From: Nitrospira japonica
GTDB taxonomy: Bacteria; Nitrospirota; Thermodesulfovibrionia; Thermodesulfovibrionales; SM23-35
Assembly (NCBI GenBank): GCA_020725385.1
Contig: DYFC01000034.1
Location: 32,001 to 96,000, forward strand
Reading direction: 5' to 3'
DNA length: 64,000 nucleotides
In this document: one piece after another, positions 18,860-28,169 of the stretch
How the letters are laid out: each line of letters opens with the position of its first letter
Position numbering within the stretch: the first letter of the stretch is position 1
The notes under the pieces: generated by a model
Told to the model about the DNA's origin: nothing
The model's database searches: none
What the model saw: the letters and a program-made list of their open reading frames with translations, nothing else
Position numbers and translations under genes: made by a program

Positions 18860-20401
18860 ATGGAACAGGTAATAATGAATAATCTGAATTACCCCATACT
18901 TAGCACCGTTATATTTCTACCAGTTTTGGGCGCGCTTCTAATTCTCATTAACAGAAGATCATGGGAGACCCTGACAAAATGGATAGCATTGGGAACGAGC
19001 ATTTTAACTTTTATAGCTTCAATTCCTTTATTTACTCATTTTGACAAGACCACCCATAAGATGCAATTTGTAGAGAGATTTTCATGGATTCCCAACTGGA
19101 ATATTTATTATTTTCTCGGAGTTGATGGCATAAGCGTTCTATTTGTTCTTCTTTCGACACTATGCGCTATTCTTTGTGTATTAATATCATGGACAGCAGT
19201 TACTAATAAAATTAAAGAGTTTTATATAGCTATTTTATTAACAACATCTTTTATGATCGGTGTCTTCTGCTCCCTGGATTTTTTCCTTTTTTATCTTTTC
19301 TGGGAAGCGATGCTTATACCTATGTTCCTGATCATCGGTGTCTGGGGCGGACCAAATCGTATATATGCTGCAATTAAGTTCTTCCTTTATACATTAGTAG
19401 GAAGTGTCCTGATGCTTGTTGGAATAATCGTTCTTTATCTTTATTCAGGTAAAACATTTGATATTCTTACAATGATGACAAAGAATTATCCTTATACAAT
19501 GCAAATATGGCTTTTCTGGGCATTTTTTGCAGCTTTTGCTGTTAAGGTGCCAATGTGGCCAGTGCATACATGGTTGCCCGATGCACATACCGAAGCTCCA
19601 ACAGCAGGTTCGGTTATTCTTGCTGCTGTCCTTATTAAAATGGGTGCTTATGGTTTCCTGAGATTTTCATTGCCCCTGCTTCCCGAAGCATCAAAAGCAA
19701 TGACACCTGTTATGTTAACGTTATCAGTTATTGCAATTATTTATGGAGCTATCATATGTTTAGGCCAGACAGACCTGAAAAGACTTATTGCATACAGTTC
19801 GGTAAGTCACATGGGATTTGTAACACTCGGTATTTTTGCACTAAATACACAGGGAGTTGAAGGCGGAATACTACAAATGCTCAATCATGGTGTAGTAACA
19901 GGAGCTCTCTTTTTATCTGTAGGTATTGTTTATGAAAGAACACATACAAGATTAATTGCTGATTATGGTGGTCTTGCTACCGAGATGCCAATATATTCAT
20001 CATTTTTTATGGTGTTTACCTTAGCAGCAATTGGGCTTCCTGCAACAAATGGTTTTATAGGTGAATTCCTGATCCTTTTGGGTGGATTCGCTGCAAATAA
20101 ATGGGCTGGAGTCCTTGCTTGCACTGGAATAATCATAGGTGCAGGTTATATGCTCTGGCTATATCAAAGAGTATTTTTTATGGAAGTAAATCCCAAGCTT
20201 CATGGACTGGTTGATATGAATGTAAGGGAAACTATAGCATTATTGCCCATGTTAATACTCGTATTCTGGATAGGTGTTTATCCTAATTCATTCCTTAGCT
20301 TTATGCATACTTCTGTGCAACATCTTTTAGAGAGAGTTAATAGTGGCGGGATTGCCCAGGAAGCACAGATAGCTAAAAATATTATGGAGGTAATCAGATG
20401 A
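18860..20401 (+). CDS. nuoM: NADH-quinone oxidoreductase subunit M
   Basis: FWEAMLIPM, KVPMWPVHTWLPDAHTEAPTAGS, DLKRLIAYSSVSHMG. Confidence 0.96.
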   Translation: MEQVIMNNLNYPILSTVIFLPVLGALLILINRRSWETLTKWIALGTSILTFIASIPLFTHFDKTTHKMQFVERFSWIPNWNIYYFLGVDGISVLFVLLSTLCAILCVLISWTAVTNKIKEFYIAILLTTSFMIGVFCSLDFFLFYLFWEAMLIPMFLIIGVWGGPNRIYAAIKFFLYTLVGSVLMLVGIIVLYLYSGKTFDILTMMTKNYPYTMQIWLFWAFFAAFAVKVPMWPVHTWLPDAHTEAPTAGSVILAAVLIKMGAYGFLRFSLPLLPEASKAMTPVMLTLSVIAIIYGAIICLGQTDLKRLIAYSSVSHMGFVTLGIFALNTQGVEGGILQMLNHGVVTGALFLSVGIVYERTHTRLIADYGGLATEMPIYSSFFMVFTLAAIGLPATNGFIGEFLILLGGFAANKWAGVLACTGIIIGAGYMLWLYQRVFFMEVNPKLHGLVDMNVRETIALLPMLILVFWIGVYPNSFLSFMHTSVQHLLERVNSGGIAQEAQIAKNIMEVIR

Positions 20402-21825
20402 ATTTCCCCCTTCCTGATCTTAATCCTGTAATGCCTGAAATACTGATGACTGCATTTGCATTAATTGTGCTTTTACTTGATTTGATTGTGAAAAAGAAAG
20501 AAGCTGTAGCTGTAATTAGCATTGCAGGCACAGCAATAGTATCACTAAGTCTTCTAAATACATCAGGCTCTACATTCGGGGGAATGTATATAGCTGACGG
20601 ATATAGCACATTCTTTAAAATCATATTCTTTATAAATGTCATATTAACGATATTGATTTCAATTAAATATATTGCTGTAGAAAGAGTTAATTATGGTGAA
20701 TATTATAGTTTAATACTTTTTTCGACAGTTGGTATGATGATAATGGCCTCAGCTTCTGACCTGATAACGCTTTACTTAGGTCTTGAATTAATGGCATTAA
20801 GCACTTATGTATTAGCCGGATTTATAAGACATAATCTTAAATCGACTGAATCTGCACTTAAATATTTTCTTCTGGGAGCTTTTTCATCAGGATTCTTGCT
20901 CTATGGTATTTCTATTGTATATGGACTTACAGGTACAACGGATATAAAGGCAATAGCAACATTCATAACAGAAAGAGGATTAAGCGGAAATTTATCGCTT
21001 CTTCTTGCGATTGGAATGCTTACTGTTGCGTTTGGATTTAAGATTGCTGCGGCTCCATTTCATATGTGGGCTCCCGATGTATATGAAGGAGCTCCAACTT
21101 CAATAACAGCATTCATGTCAGTTGGCCCAAAAGCAGCTGGTTTTGCTGTTATTGGAAGAGTTTTTATGATAGCTTTTGCAGCTGTAAAAGCAGACTGGGC
21201 AACTATCTTGATCCCGATATCAATTCTTACAATGGCAGTTGGTAACATTGTAGCATTATCACAGACGAACATAAAGAGAATGCTCGCATATTCTTCTATA
21301 GCCCATGCTGGATATGCATTGCTTGGTATAATTACAGCCAACTCAGAGGGTATATCAAGCATGATGAATTATCTCTTTATCTATGCTTTCATGAATATCG
21401 GAGCATTTGCAGTTATCATAATGCTTAGAAGCGAAGGCATAAAAGGTGAAGATTTAAGCGACTATGAAGGGCTTTCAAAAACACATCCTATGGCAGCGGC
21501 TTTAATGCTGATTTTTATGTTTTCATTGACCGGAATCCCACCAACAGCAGGTTTTATTGGTAAATTATATATTTTCATGGCTGCAATTAATGCAGGATAT
21601 ACATGGCTTGTTATTATAGCTGTCATATTTAGCGCTATTTCAGCATACTTTTATTTACGAGTTGTAATGTATATGTATATGAGGGATCCAAAAACTGAAC
21701 TACCTTTAACTACATCCTTTACAAATGGATTAGCCCTTGCAGTTACAACAGCAGCAGTATTGATCATAGGTGTTTTCCCGACAATGCTTGTGGAATTTGC
21801 CCGTGCTGCATTGAAGAGTTTTTAG
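20398..21825 (+). CDS. nuoN: NADH-quinone oxidoreductase subunit N
   Basis: ESALKYFLLG, FKIAAAPFHMWAPDVYEGAP, KRMLAYSSIAHAGY. Confidence 0.96.
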   Translation: MNFPLPDLNPVMPEILMTAFALIVLLLDLIVKKKEAVAVISIAGTAIVSLSLLNTSGSTFGGMYIADGYSTFFKIIFFINVILTILISIKYIAVERVNYGEYYSLILFSTVGMMIMASASDLITLYLGLELMALSTYVLAGFIRHNLKSTESALKYFLLGAFSSGFLLYGISIVYGLTGTTDIKAIATFITERGLSGNLSLLLAIGMLTVAFGFKIAAAPFHMWAPDVYEGAPTSITAFMSVGPKAAGFAVIGRVFMIAFAAVKADWATILIPISILTMAVGNIVALSQTNIKRMLAYSSIAHAGYALLGIITANSEGISSMMNYLFIYAFMNIGAFAVIIMLRSEGIKGEDLSDYEGLSKTHPMAAALMLIFMFSLTGIPPTAGFIGKLYIFMAAINAGYTWLVIIAVIFSAISAYFYLRVVMYMYMRDPKTELPLTTSFTNGLALAVTTAAVLIIGVFPTMLVEFARAALKSF

Positions 21826-21878
21826 AACTTCTGAGATTTTCCACAAAATAAAAATAACAAGAGTAAATTCTTTCCGAT

Positions 21879-22703
21879 ATGAAAATCCATGATGACATTT
21901 TTTGTTTATCAAATAATGACTGTTATATAACTGATCCAAAAAGGAAACGTTCATTTCTTTCAAAATTATTTCTGTCCGGCAAATTATCATTTTATCCACA
22001 AATATTATCATGTATCTTAACTAATGGTATTAAAGCAGCTTTTAGTCATTACAGTAATGAAGACTGGGTAAAAGCAAGTTACTGGATTCTTAAAATACTT
22101 GAAAATGTTGGAATTATTGTTAATATAAGCGGCCTGAAAAATATTTCGAGTTTTGACGGGCCTTGTGTTTTTATAGGGAATCATATGAGTGTTCTTGAAA
22201 CATTTGTGTTACCATGCATTATACAGCCCATTAAGCCAGTTACATTTGTAGTAAAAAAAGAGCTTCTTCATGTGCCTGTTTTTAAACATGTAATGCGGTC
22301 ACGTGACCCGATTGCAGTTGGAAGAGTTAATCCGCGTGAGGATTTCAGAACAGTGATGGAAGAAGGAGTAAAAAAAATCAAGAATGGTATATCGATCATA
22401 ATTTTTCCACAAAGCACACGCTCGGTTGAATTCAAACCCGTGGAATTCAATTCTCTCGGGGTAAAGCTTGCATTAAGAGCTAATGTGCCTGTAATTCCAT
22501 TAGCTTTAAAAACAGATGCATGGGGTATTGGCAAAATTATAAAAGATTTCGGGAAAATAAATACTAATAAAAAGGTATGGTTTAGATTCGGTGAACCTAT
22601 GAGAGTTCAGGGTAGGGGTGCAGAAGAACATGAGAAAATAATCAAATTTATACAGGATTGCCTTGCGGAATGGAATAAGGAAGAAAAAGCACCTGTAACA
22701 TAA
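21879..22703 (+). CDS. 1-acyl-sn-glycerol-3-phosphate acyltransferase (PlsC family)
   Basis: NHMSVLE (HX4D/E), FVVKKEL, IIFPQSTR. Confidence 0.8.
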   Translation: MKIHDDIFCLSNNDCYITDPKRKRSFLSKLFLSGKLSFYPQILSCILTNGIKAAFSHYSNEDWVKASYWILKILENVGIIVNISGLKNISSFDGPCVFIGNHMSVLETFVLPCIIQPIKPVTFVVKKELLHVPVFKHVMRSRDPIAVGRVNPREDFRTVMEEGVKKIKNGISIIIFPQSTRSVEFKPVEFNSLGVKLALRANVPVIPLALKTDAWGIGKIIKDFGKINTNKKVWFRFGEPMRVQGRGAEEHEKIIKFIQDCLAEWNKEEKAPVT

Positions 22704-22723
22704 CAATCATGTTCTTCATCAGG

Positions 22724-23275
22724 TCATTTGATTCTTGCAGCTATTGTTTTAAATTCTTGCGTTCCTGCGATTTTTAGCAACTGGAAAAGCACTGTTTCGG
22801 TGCAAGTGATTACAGCTCCGGCATCTCTCATAAATTCAATACCTGTTTTCCAGTTATCTTTCGACCTTGAGCAGATTGCATCTTTAACAATATGAACATT
22901 ATATCCTTCGGATATAAGCCCGATGCATGTTTGAAGAAGACATACATGTGTTTCCATGCCGGAAAGAATTAGCGTCTTTTTATTTATCTTTTTGATTTCG
23001 TCAAGAAAAGAAGGTTCATCGCAACAACTAAAAGTTAGCTTCTCAATAGGTTTATATTCAGGCAGGGCATTTTTAATTTCTTCAACAGTTGGACCGAGAC
23101 CCTTCGGATATTGTTCGGTTAATATTATGGGTATGTTTAATAAACGGGATAATTCAATAAGATGCAAACAATTATTTATGACTTTGTCTTTTTCTTTCAT
23201 AACAGCAGCAAGTCTTTCCTGAATATCAATAATTACAAGAGCTACATTGTCCCTATCAAGATAAAACTTTTTCAT
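22724..23275 (-). CDS. Isochorismatase family hydrolase
   Basis: IIDIQERL, TEQYPKGLGPT, EKLTFSC, GMETHVC. Confidence 0.9.
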   Translation of the reverse strand: MKKFYLDRDNVALVIIDIQERLAAVMKEKDKVINNCLHLIELSRLLNIPIILTEQYPKGLGPTVEEIKNALPEYKPIEKLTFSCCDEPSFLDEIKKINKKTLILSGMETHVCLLQTCIGLISEGYNVHIVKDAICSRSKDNWKTGIEFMRDAGAVITCTETVLFQLLKIAGTQEFKTIAARIK

Positions 23276-23443
23276 AAAAACACCTCTAATTTATTAGAAT
23301 AAAATTTATTATACTAATTTATTTGTGTCAAAGTATAAAATAATTTTTTGTAATATCTTCAGTATCTCCATACAAATAATGCAGACATTGCTCAAAAATT
23401 TATGGTTCTTCTCCAAAAAAGTTGCTGAATAAATAGACAAACT

Positions 23444-23580
23444 GTCATTCTACGACTTGCCTGCCCACCGATTTTGTGGTGGGATTGAGAATCCAGTTTG
23501 AATAGTCTCTGGATTCTCGGGTCAAGTCCGAGAATGACAAGTAATCAAAGGTCATTCCCCGACTCGATCGGGGAATCCAG
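23444..23580. repeat. Cluster of three REP-like palindromes (GTCATTCCC-N-GGGAATCCAG family), alternating orientation
   Basis: Copies at 23444-23496 (with a 24-nt insert), 23509-23538 (inverted) and 23551-23580 (gtcattccccgactcgatcggggaatccag). Confidence 0.8.
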
Positions 23581-23586
23581 AAAAAT

Positions 23587-23625
23587 ATGAAAAATTATTA
23601 TGTTTATATCCTTATTTCAGGGTAA
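23587..23625 (+). pseudogene. Remnant N-terminus of a GIY-YIG (UPF0213-like) endonuclease
   Basis: Reads MKNYYVYILISG* immediately after the REP-like cluster; YYVYIL is the typical start of such nucleases. Confidence 0.4.
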
Positions 23626-23636
23626 AATATTTAATC

Positions 23637-24368
23637 ATGAATTTTTGGAAGGACAATATACATTTTATTCTTATTGAACCCCGGGAACCCGGAAATATAG
23701 GCGCTGCTGCAAGAGCTATGAAAAATATGGGATTCAGCAAACTTGAACTTGTAAATCCTGTGCCTTTTCATACTAAAGAAGCAAAGTGGATGTCATGCCA
23801 GGCTTATGACATGGTAAAAAGAGCTAAAGTTTATCAAACATTTGAAGAGGCAATTAATGGTAAAAGTTTAATTATCGGAACTACAAGAAGAATTGGAAAA
23901 AGGAGAGGAATAATCCTACCTCTTAAAGATAGTGTAAAAAGAATCGTTGTTGCTGCGAAAAAGAATAAAATAGCAATACTGTTTGGAAGGGAGAAAAACG
24001 GTCTTTTAAATAGAGAAGTTGAATCATGTGGTTTTATGATAACGATTCCATCATCACCCGAAGCAGCATCACTGAATCTATCACAAACTGTTATGCTTGT
24101 AGCATATGAACTTGCCCAAAAAACGTATAAAGTGGAAACGCCTGAATTTGTTAAACATGAAAGGCTTAATACTCTATATGAAAGAATTGAATATCTGTTA
24201 AAACTTCTCGATTATATTCCCAGAGGTGACAGACAGATTGAAAAAAAGATAATGAAAAACCTCAAACATTTCATTGGAAGGGCAGGATTAACAGAATGGG
24301 AATTAAATATGCTACAGGGGCTATGTACACAAATAGAGGAGAAAATAAATTTTTATCAACATCTTTGA
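23637..24368 (+). CDS. trmJ: tRNA (cytidine/uridine-2'-O)-methyltransferase, TrmJ/LasT family
   Basis: PGNIGAAARAMKNMG, LFGREKNGL, SLNLSQ. Confidence 0.85.
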   Translation: MNFWKDNIHFILIEPREPGNIGAAARAMKNMGFSKLELVNPVPFHTKEAKWMSCQAYDMVKRAKVYQTFEEAINGKSLIIGTTRRIGKRRGIILPLKDSVKRIVVAAKKNKIAILFGREKNGLLNREVESCGFMITIPSSPEAASLNLSQTVMLVAYELAQKTYKVETPEFVKHERLNTLYERIEYLLKLLDYIPRGDRQIEKKIMKNLKHFIGRAGLTEWELNMLQGLCTQIEEKINFYQHL

Positions 24369-24388
24369 TTTTTTAACCCCATTTTTAT

Positions 24389-24847
24389 TTAAAAATAATC
24401 ATCCCATTTGAATATTAAAGGTTCGGCATCTTTTTTTAGTATTTTTGCATCTGTTACTGTGCCGGTAAAGATTGAATGGTCTCCGGCTTTGAAATCATCG
24501 ATCAGTTTGCATTCAAAGTATGCAACTGCATCCATTAAAACCGGTGAGCCATTTGAAGCATCAAAATAAGGAATATTCTGAAATTTATCATGCTTTCTTC
24601 CACTTTTAAAGCCAAATAGCTTTGCAATCTCTATTTGATTTTTTGAAAGAGTATTAACGGCAAAATAGCCTGATTCTTTAATAAGACCGTGTGTAAATCT
24701 TGCCGGAGCAATTGCAACCATAAGCATTGTTGGCTTCAAGGATACCTGTGATACCCATGCTGCTGTCATTCCATTTATTTTTTCTTTTGTTCTTGTAGTT
24801 ATTATATATACCCCATGAACTATTGCTTTTGAGACAATATCCTGCAT
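24389..24847 (-). CDS. Flavin reductase family protein
   Basis: NGMTAAWVSQVS, FGFKSGR, AGDHSIFTG. Confidence 0.88.
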   Translation of the reverse strand: MQDIVSKAIVHGVYIITTRTKEKINGMTAAWVSQVSLKPTMLMVAIAPARFTHGLIKESGYFAVNTLSKNQIEIAKLFGFKSGRKHDKFQNIPYFDASNGSPVLMDAVAYFECKLIDDFKAGDHSIFTGTVTDAKILKKDAEPLIFKWDDYF

Positions 24848-24862
24848 TTTTAACCTCCTGAT

Positions 24863-25414
24863 TTAGTTATTAGTGTGTAAAGTTTTAATCAATCTGCCTG
24901 TGTCATAATTTTGTTGTTTTAATTTTTCAATTATATTCATATAGAGTTCTTCATCCATTGAAGGCCTGCGGCTTAATATCCAGAGATATTTTCTATCAGG
25001 GTGACCGACTACAGCATATTCATAATCTTTACCGAGATCAATAATCCAATAATGACCCGAGAAAGGCCAGAAAAATGTTACCTTTAACTTTGAATTAGTT
25101 TTGTTATCAACAATTCGCGCAACACCATGAGCTGTTTTGAATTTTCCATCTGGAGAACCTATTTGACATTTGTTCAACACGTCAATTTTACCATCTCCGC
25201 GAATTGTATAGGTGGCAGAAGTATTTATACATCCTTCCTGGAAACGATGAGGGAAACGGGCAATCTCATACCATGTGCCTGTATATTTTGTTAAGTCAAC
25301 ATAGGGAACAGTTTGAAGTGGGACTTCTGATTTCTTAAGGTTCGAAGTGCAGGAAGTTGAATATAAAAGAACAAATGATAAGATTAAAGATATTTTGAAT
25401 CTAAGATATATCAT
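24863..25414 (-). CDS. blc: Bacterial lipocalin lipoprotein (Blc-like)
   Basis: Lipobox-like Cys, YTGTWYEIARF, LKVTFFWPF, YLWILSR. Confidence 0.88.
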   Translation of the reverse strand: MIYLRFKISLILSFVLLYSTSCTSNLKKSEVPLQTVPYVDLTKYTGTWYEIARFPHRFQEGCINTSATYTIRGDGKIDVLNKCQIGSPDGKFKTAHGVARIVDNKTNSKLKVTFFWPFSGHYWIIDLGKDYEYAVVGHPDRKYLWILSRRPSMDEELYMNIIEKLKQQNYDTGRLIKTLHTNN

Positions 25415-25573
25415 TTTTTGCCTTTTTATAATTTTCCCACAATAACTGCATTATTTCAACAAATTTTTTTAATATCGTATCAGTAGAAAAATGTTCTTCT
25501 CTAAAAGAAATATTTAATATGATAATAAATAAGTTATAATTCATTAATGTATCAATTAGGATAATATATTCGT

Positions 25574-25780
25574 ATGAAGTATTTTTTTATAGAATCTACT
25601 TTAAGATATAGTGATGAAAAAGGTTTTGGTGAAGCATATTATATTCTTTGTCCTGTTTGCTGGAATTCGAGCATAATGTATATTAAATGGGAGGATGGGA
25701 CAGAGGAAACAAGTGAATGTAGAGTGTGTGAAAGAATGCTCAGGATATTAAACAATGAAGATGATTATTCTAATACCTGA
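25574..25780 (+). CDS. Small hypothetical protein, possible Zn-ribbon
   Basis: 68 aa with CPVC...CRVC; co-oriented just upstream of rluD. Confidence 0.5.
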   Translation: MKYFFIESTLRYSDEKGFGEAYYILCPVCWNSSIMYIKWEDGTEETSECRVCERMLRILNNEDDYSNT

Positions 25781-25801
25781 TACGAAAAATCTTATTAACC
25801 T

Positions 25802-26725
25802 ATGAATCAAGAATTTATTGTAACATCCTCTGAAGCCGGGCAAAGGATAGATGTCTTTCTCTCTTTAAAGACAGGCATTACCCGTTCACAGATACAAAAA
25901 GCTATCGATAGAGGCGATGTGTTTGTTAGTGGAAAAATTATTGAGAATAAATACAGGATACGACAGGGTGATGTTATTCTGATTAATTTAAAAGAGAAGA
26001 AAGACGAAGGACTTATTCCTCAGAATATACCAATCGAAATTCTTTTTAAAGATGAATATGTCATTGTAGTAAACAAGCCAGCAGGTATTGTTGTCTATCC
26101 AGCAGCAGGGCATGAGGATGGAACATTGATGAATGCAATTACGTATCATTGCGGCACAATTGTAGCGCCAGGTGCTCCATTGAGACCGGGTGTAGTACAT
26201 AGACTTGATAAGGATACTTCAGGCGTTATGGTAATCGCTTTGAACGATATTTCCTATTACAATCTAATTGAACAATTTCGCAAAAGAACAATTAACAGAA
26301 AGTATATAGCTTTGGTTTATGGGATAATGAATGAAGACAGTGGAGAAATAATCAGGAAGATAGGCCGTTCAGAGTCTGATCGAAAAAAAATGTCCACCCA
26401 TGTTAAAAAAGGTAAAGAAGCATTAACACGATGGAGGGTTATCAAAAAATTACCGTTTGCTACAATAATAGAAGCAAAACTCGGAACCGGAAGAACACAC
26501 CAGATAAGGGTACATTTTGCATCTATAGGCCATCCTGTACTTGGAGATAGGGTTTATGGGAAAAAATGTGAGATTCAACTGAAGACAGGCAAGAAGATAG
26601 TTTTCCCGAGACAGATGCTTCATGCAGAGATGCTTGGTTTTATTCATCCCGCAACCAATGAATATCTTGAATTTTCAAGTCCTTTACCCGATGATATGGA
26701 AAAAACAATTAGAGAAATGGAATAA
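25802..26725 (+). CDS. rluD: RluA/RluD family 23S rRNA pseudouridine synthase
   Basis: S4 domain, VNKPAG, HRLDKDTSG, TGRTHQIRVH, MLHA. Confidence 0.9.
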   Translation: MNQEFIVTSSEAGQRIDVFLSLKTGITRSQIQKAIDRGDVFVSGKIIENKYRIRQGDVILINLKEKKDEGLIPQNIPIEILFKDEYVIVVNKPAGIVVYPAAGHEDGTLMNAITYHCGTIVAPGAPLRPGVVHRLDKDTSGVMVIALNDISYYNLIEQFRKRTINRKYIALVYGIMNEDSGEIIRKIGRSESDRKKMSTHVKKGKEALTRWRVIKKLPFATIIEAKLGTGRTHQIRVHFASIGHPVLGDRVYGKKCEIQLKTGKKIVFPRQMLHAEMLGFIHPATNEYLEFSSPLPDDMEKTIREME

Positions 26726-26753
26726 AATAAATTCCAGGAAAATAATCTGCATG

Positions 26754-27065
26754 TCAAAAAGTAATAATTTTATCTGCTTCTTTTACTGATTCATAAAGGT
26801 CATTCATATAGCCTATTGGACACATTTTTGAGCTCACAAGTCCGTGAGCTTTCATACAAACTCCTCAGACAAACATGTTGCCTTTAAATTTATCTATTTG
26901 TTCTTTTACATTGAATTTTTCATCATTAATTTGCTCAAATAAAACTGCTTTCCCGAGCATAAAAACATTTACTTCATCACCCTTTTCTACAGCTATATTT
27001 GCTAATCTCATAGCATTATAGATTTTTTCTGCATCATCGGTACTTAAAATAAATAGGATATTCAT
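26754..27065 (-). CDS. DsrE/DsrF-like protein, probable selenoprotein (UxxC; TGA at 26867-26865)
   Basis: Read-through gives ...FKGNMFV*GVCMKAHGLVSSKMCPIGYMNDLYESVKEADKIITF, a complete DsrE-type C-terminus; a perfect hairpin follows the TGA. Confidence 0.82.
26831..26867 (-). promoter_or_regulatory. Candidate bacterial SECIS element of the dsrE-like gene
   Basis: AGCTCAC-[GGACTT]-GTGAGCT perfect 7-bp stem; the loop G lies 22 nt after the UGA. Confidence 0.7.
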
Positions 27066-27086
27066 TTTATATCCCCCTAAATTTTA

Positions 27087-28169
27087 TTAATCTCCAAAAC
27101 TAATACCCATTGATCTTGCTGTAAGAACTATATCAGAGTCCAGAGGCACTGATTTCATCTGTCCAATTGCTTCTTCAATAGGAACTGCGATTATTTCGGT
27201 AGAACGTACAGCAGCCATCATACCAAATTTACCTGCTTCAACAAGACGAACAGCAGCTGTGCCAAATCTTAAAGAAAGTAATCTATCGAAAGTCGTAGGC
27301 GCGCCTCCTCTTTGTAAATGACCGAGAACTATATCCCTTGTTTCTTTGCCGGTTTTTTTCCCGATTTCTTCTCTTACTTTTCTTCCTATACCACCTAATC
27401 TTACTTCAGAACCTCCTGGCTGTTTGCCTTCAGCAATTGTAATTTCTCCTCCAACAGGTTTGGCTCCTTCAGCAACAACGACAATTGCATAATCTCTTCC
27501 CATCAAAGCAAGCTGTCTGATTTTGTTGCAAACTTTATCAATATCAAAAGGTATTTCAGGAATTAGAATAACATCCGCAGAACCCGAGATTCCTGAATGA
27601 AGGGCTATCCAGCCAACATAACGACCCATTACTTCAACAACCATAACTCTGTCGTGAGATCGTGCTGTAGTGTGAAGACGATCAATTGCTTCAGTAGCAA
27701 TGTTAACAGCAGTATCAAAACCAAAAGTTGCGTCAGTACAGCTAATATCATTATCAATTGTTTTAGGAACACCAATAATTGGCATTCCTTTTTTTAGAAA
27801 TTTATTTGCAATTCTGAGGCTTCCGTCACCTCCGATAGCGATTAATGCGTCAAACCCGAGCGCCTTGAAATTTGAGACAATAATATCCGAAATGTCTGTT
27901 TCAACAACACTTCCATCAGGCTGGTTTACTGCATATTTAAACGGGTCGCCTTTGATTGCTGTGCCAAGAATTGTTCCTCCAATATCTGTAATATCCCAAA
28001 CTGATTCCGGTGTAAGACGAACAATCTGCTTTGTGTCAATCAGTCCTCTATATCCATATTTAATGCCATAAACTTCCCAGCCTTTCTGGTGAGCTGCAAG
28101 AACAATGCCTCTTATTACGGCATTAAGTCCGGGTGCATCCCCCCCGCCAGTATTAACAGCTATTTTCAT
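27087..28169 (-). CDS. pfkA: 6-phosphofructokinase (PfkA family, mixed-substrate group)
   Basis: TGGGDAPGLN, GGDGS, PKTIDND, EVMGR, LGHLQRGG. Confidence 0.92.
   Translation of the reverse strand: MKIAVNTGGGDAPGLNAVIRGIVLAAHQKGWEVYGIKYGYRGLIDTKQIVRLTPESVWDITDIGGTILGTAIKGDPFKYAVNQPDGSVVETDISDIIVSNFKALGFDALIAIGGDGSLRIANKFLKKGMPIIGVPKTIDNDISCTDATFGFDTAVNIATEAIDRLHTTARSHDRVMVVEVMGRYVGWIALHSGISGSADVILIPEIPFDIDKVCNKIRQLALMGRDYAIVVVAEGAKPVGGEITIAEGKQPGGSEVRLGGIGRKVREEIGKKTGKETRDIVLGHLQRGGAPTTFDRLLSLRFGTAAVRLVEAGKFGMMAAVRSTEIIAVPIEEAIGQMKSVPLDSDIVLTARSMGISFGD

Noticed and set aside
11362-21825. Group 4 [NiFe]-hydrogenase interpretation of the nuo-like operon (hyp genes are in the window)
   Set aside because: The large subunit lacks both Ni-binding CxxC motifs. 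It has DRMDY and DIVLGECDR plus the quinone-site HPATHG, so it is a true NuoD.
23444-23580. CRISPR array
   Set aside because: Only three degenerate palindromes in alternating orientation with 12-nt gaps; no regular spacers and no cas genes.
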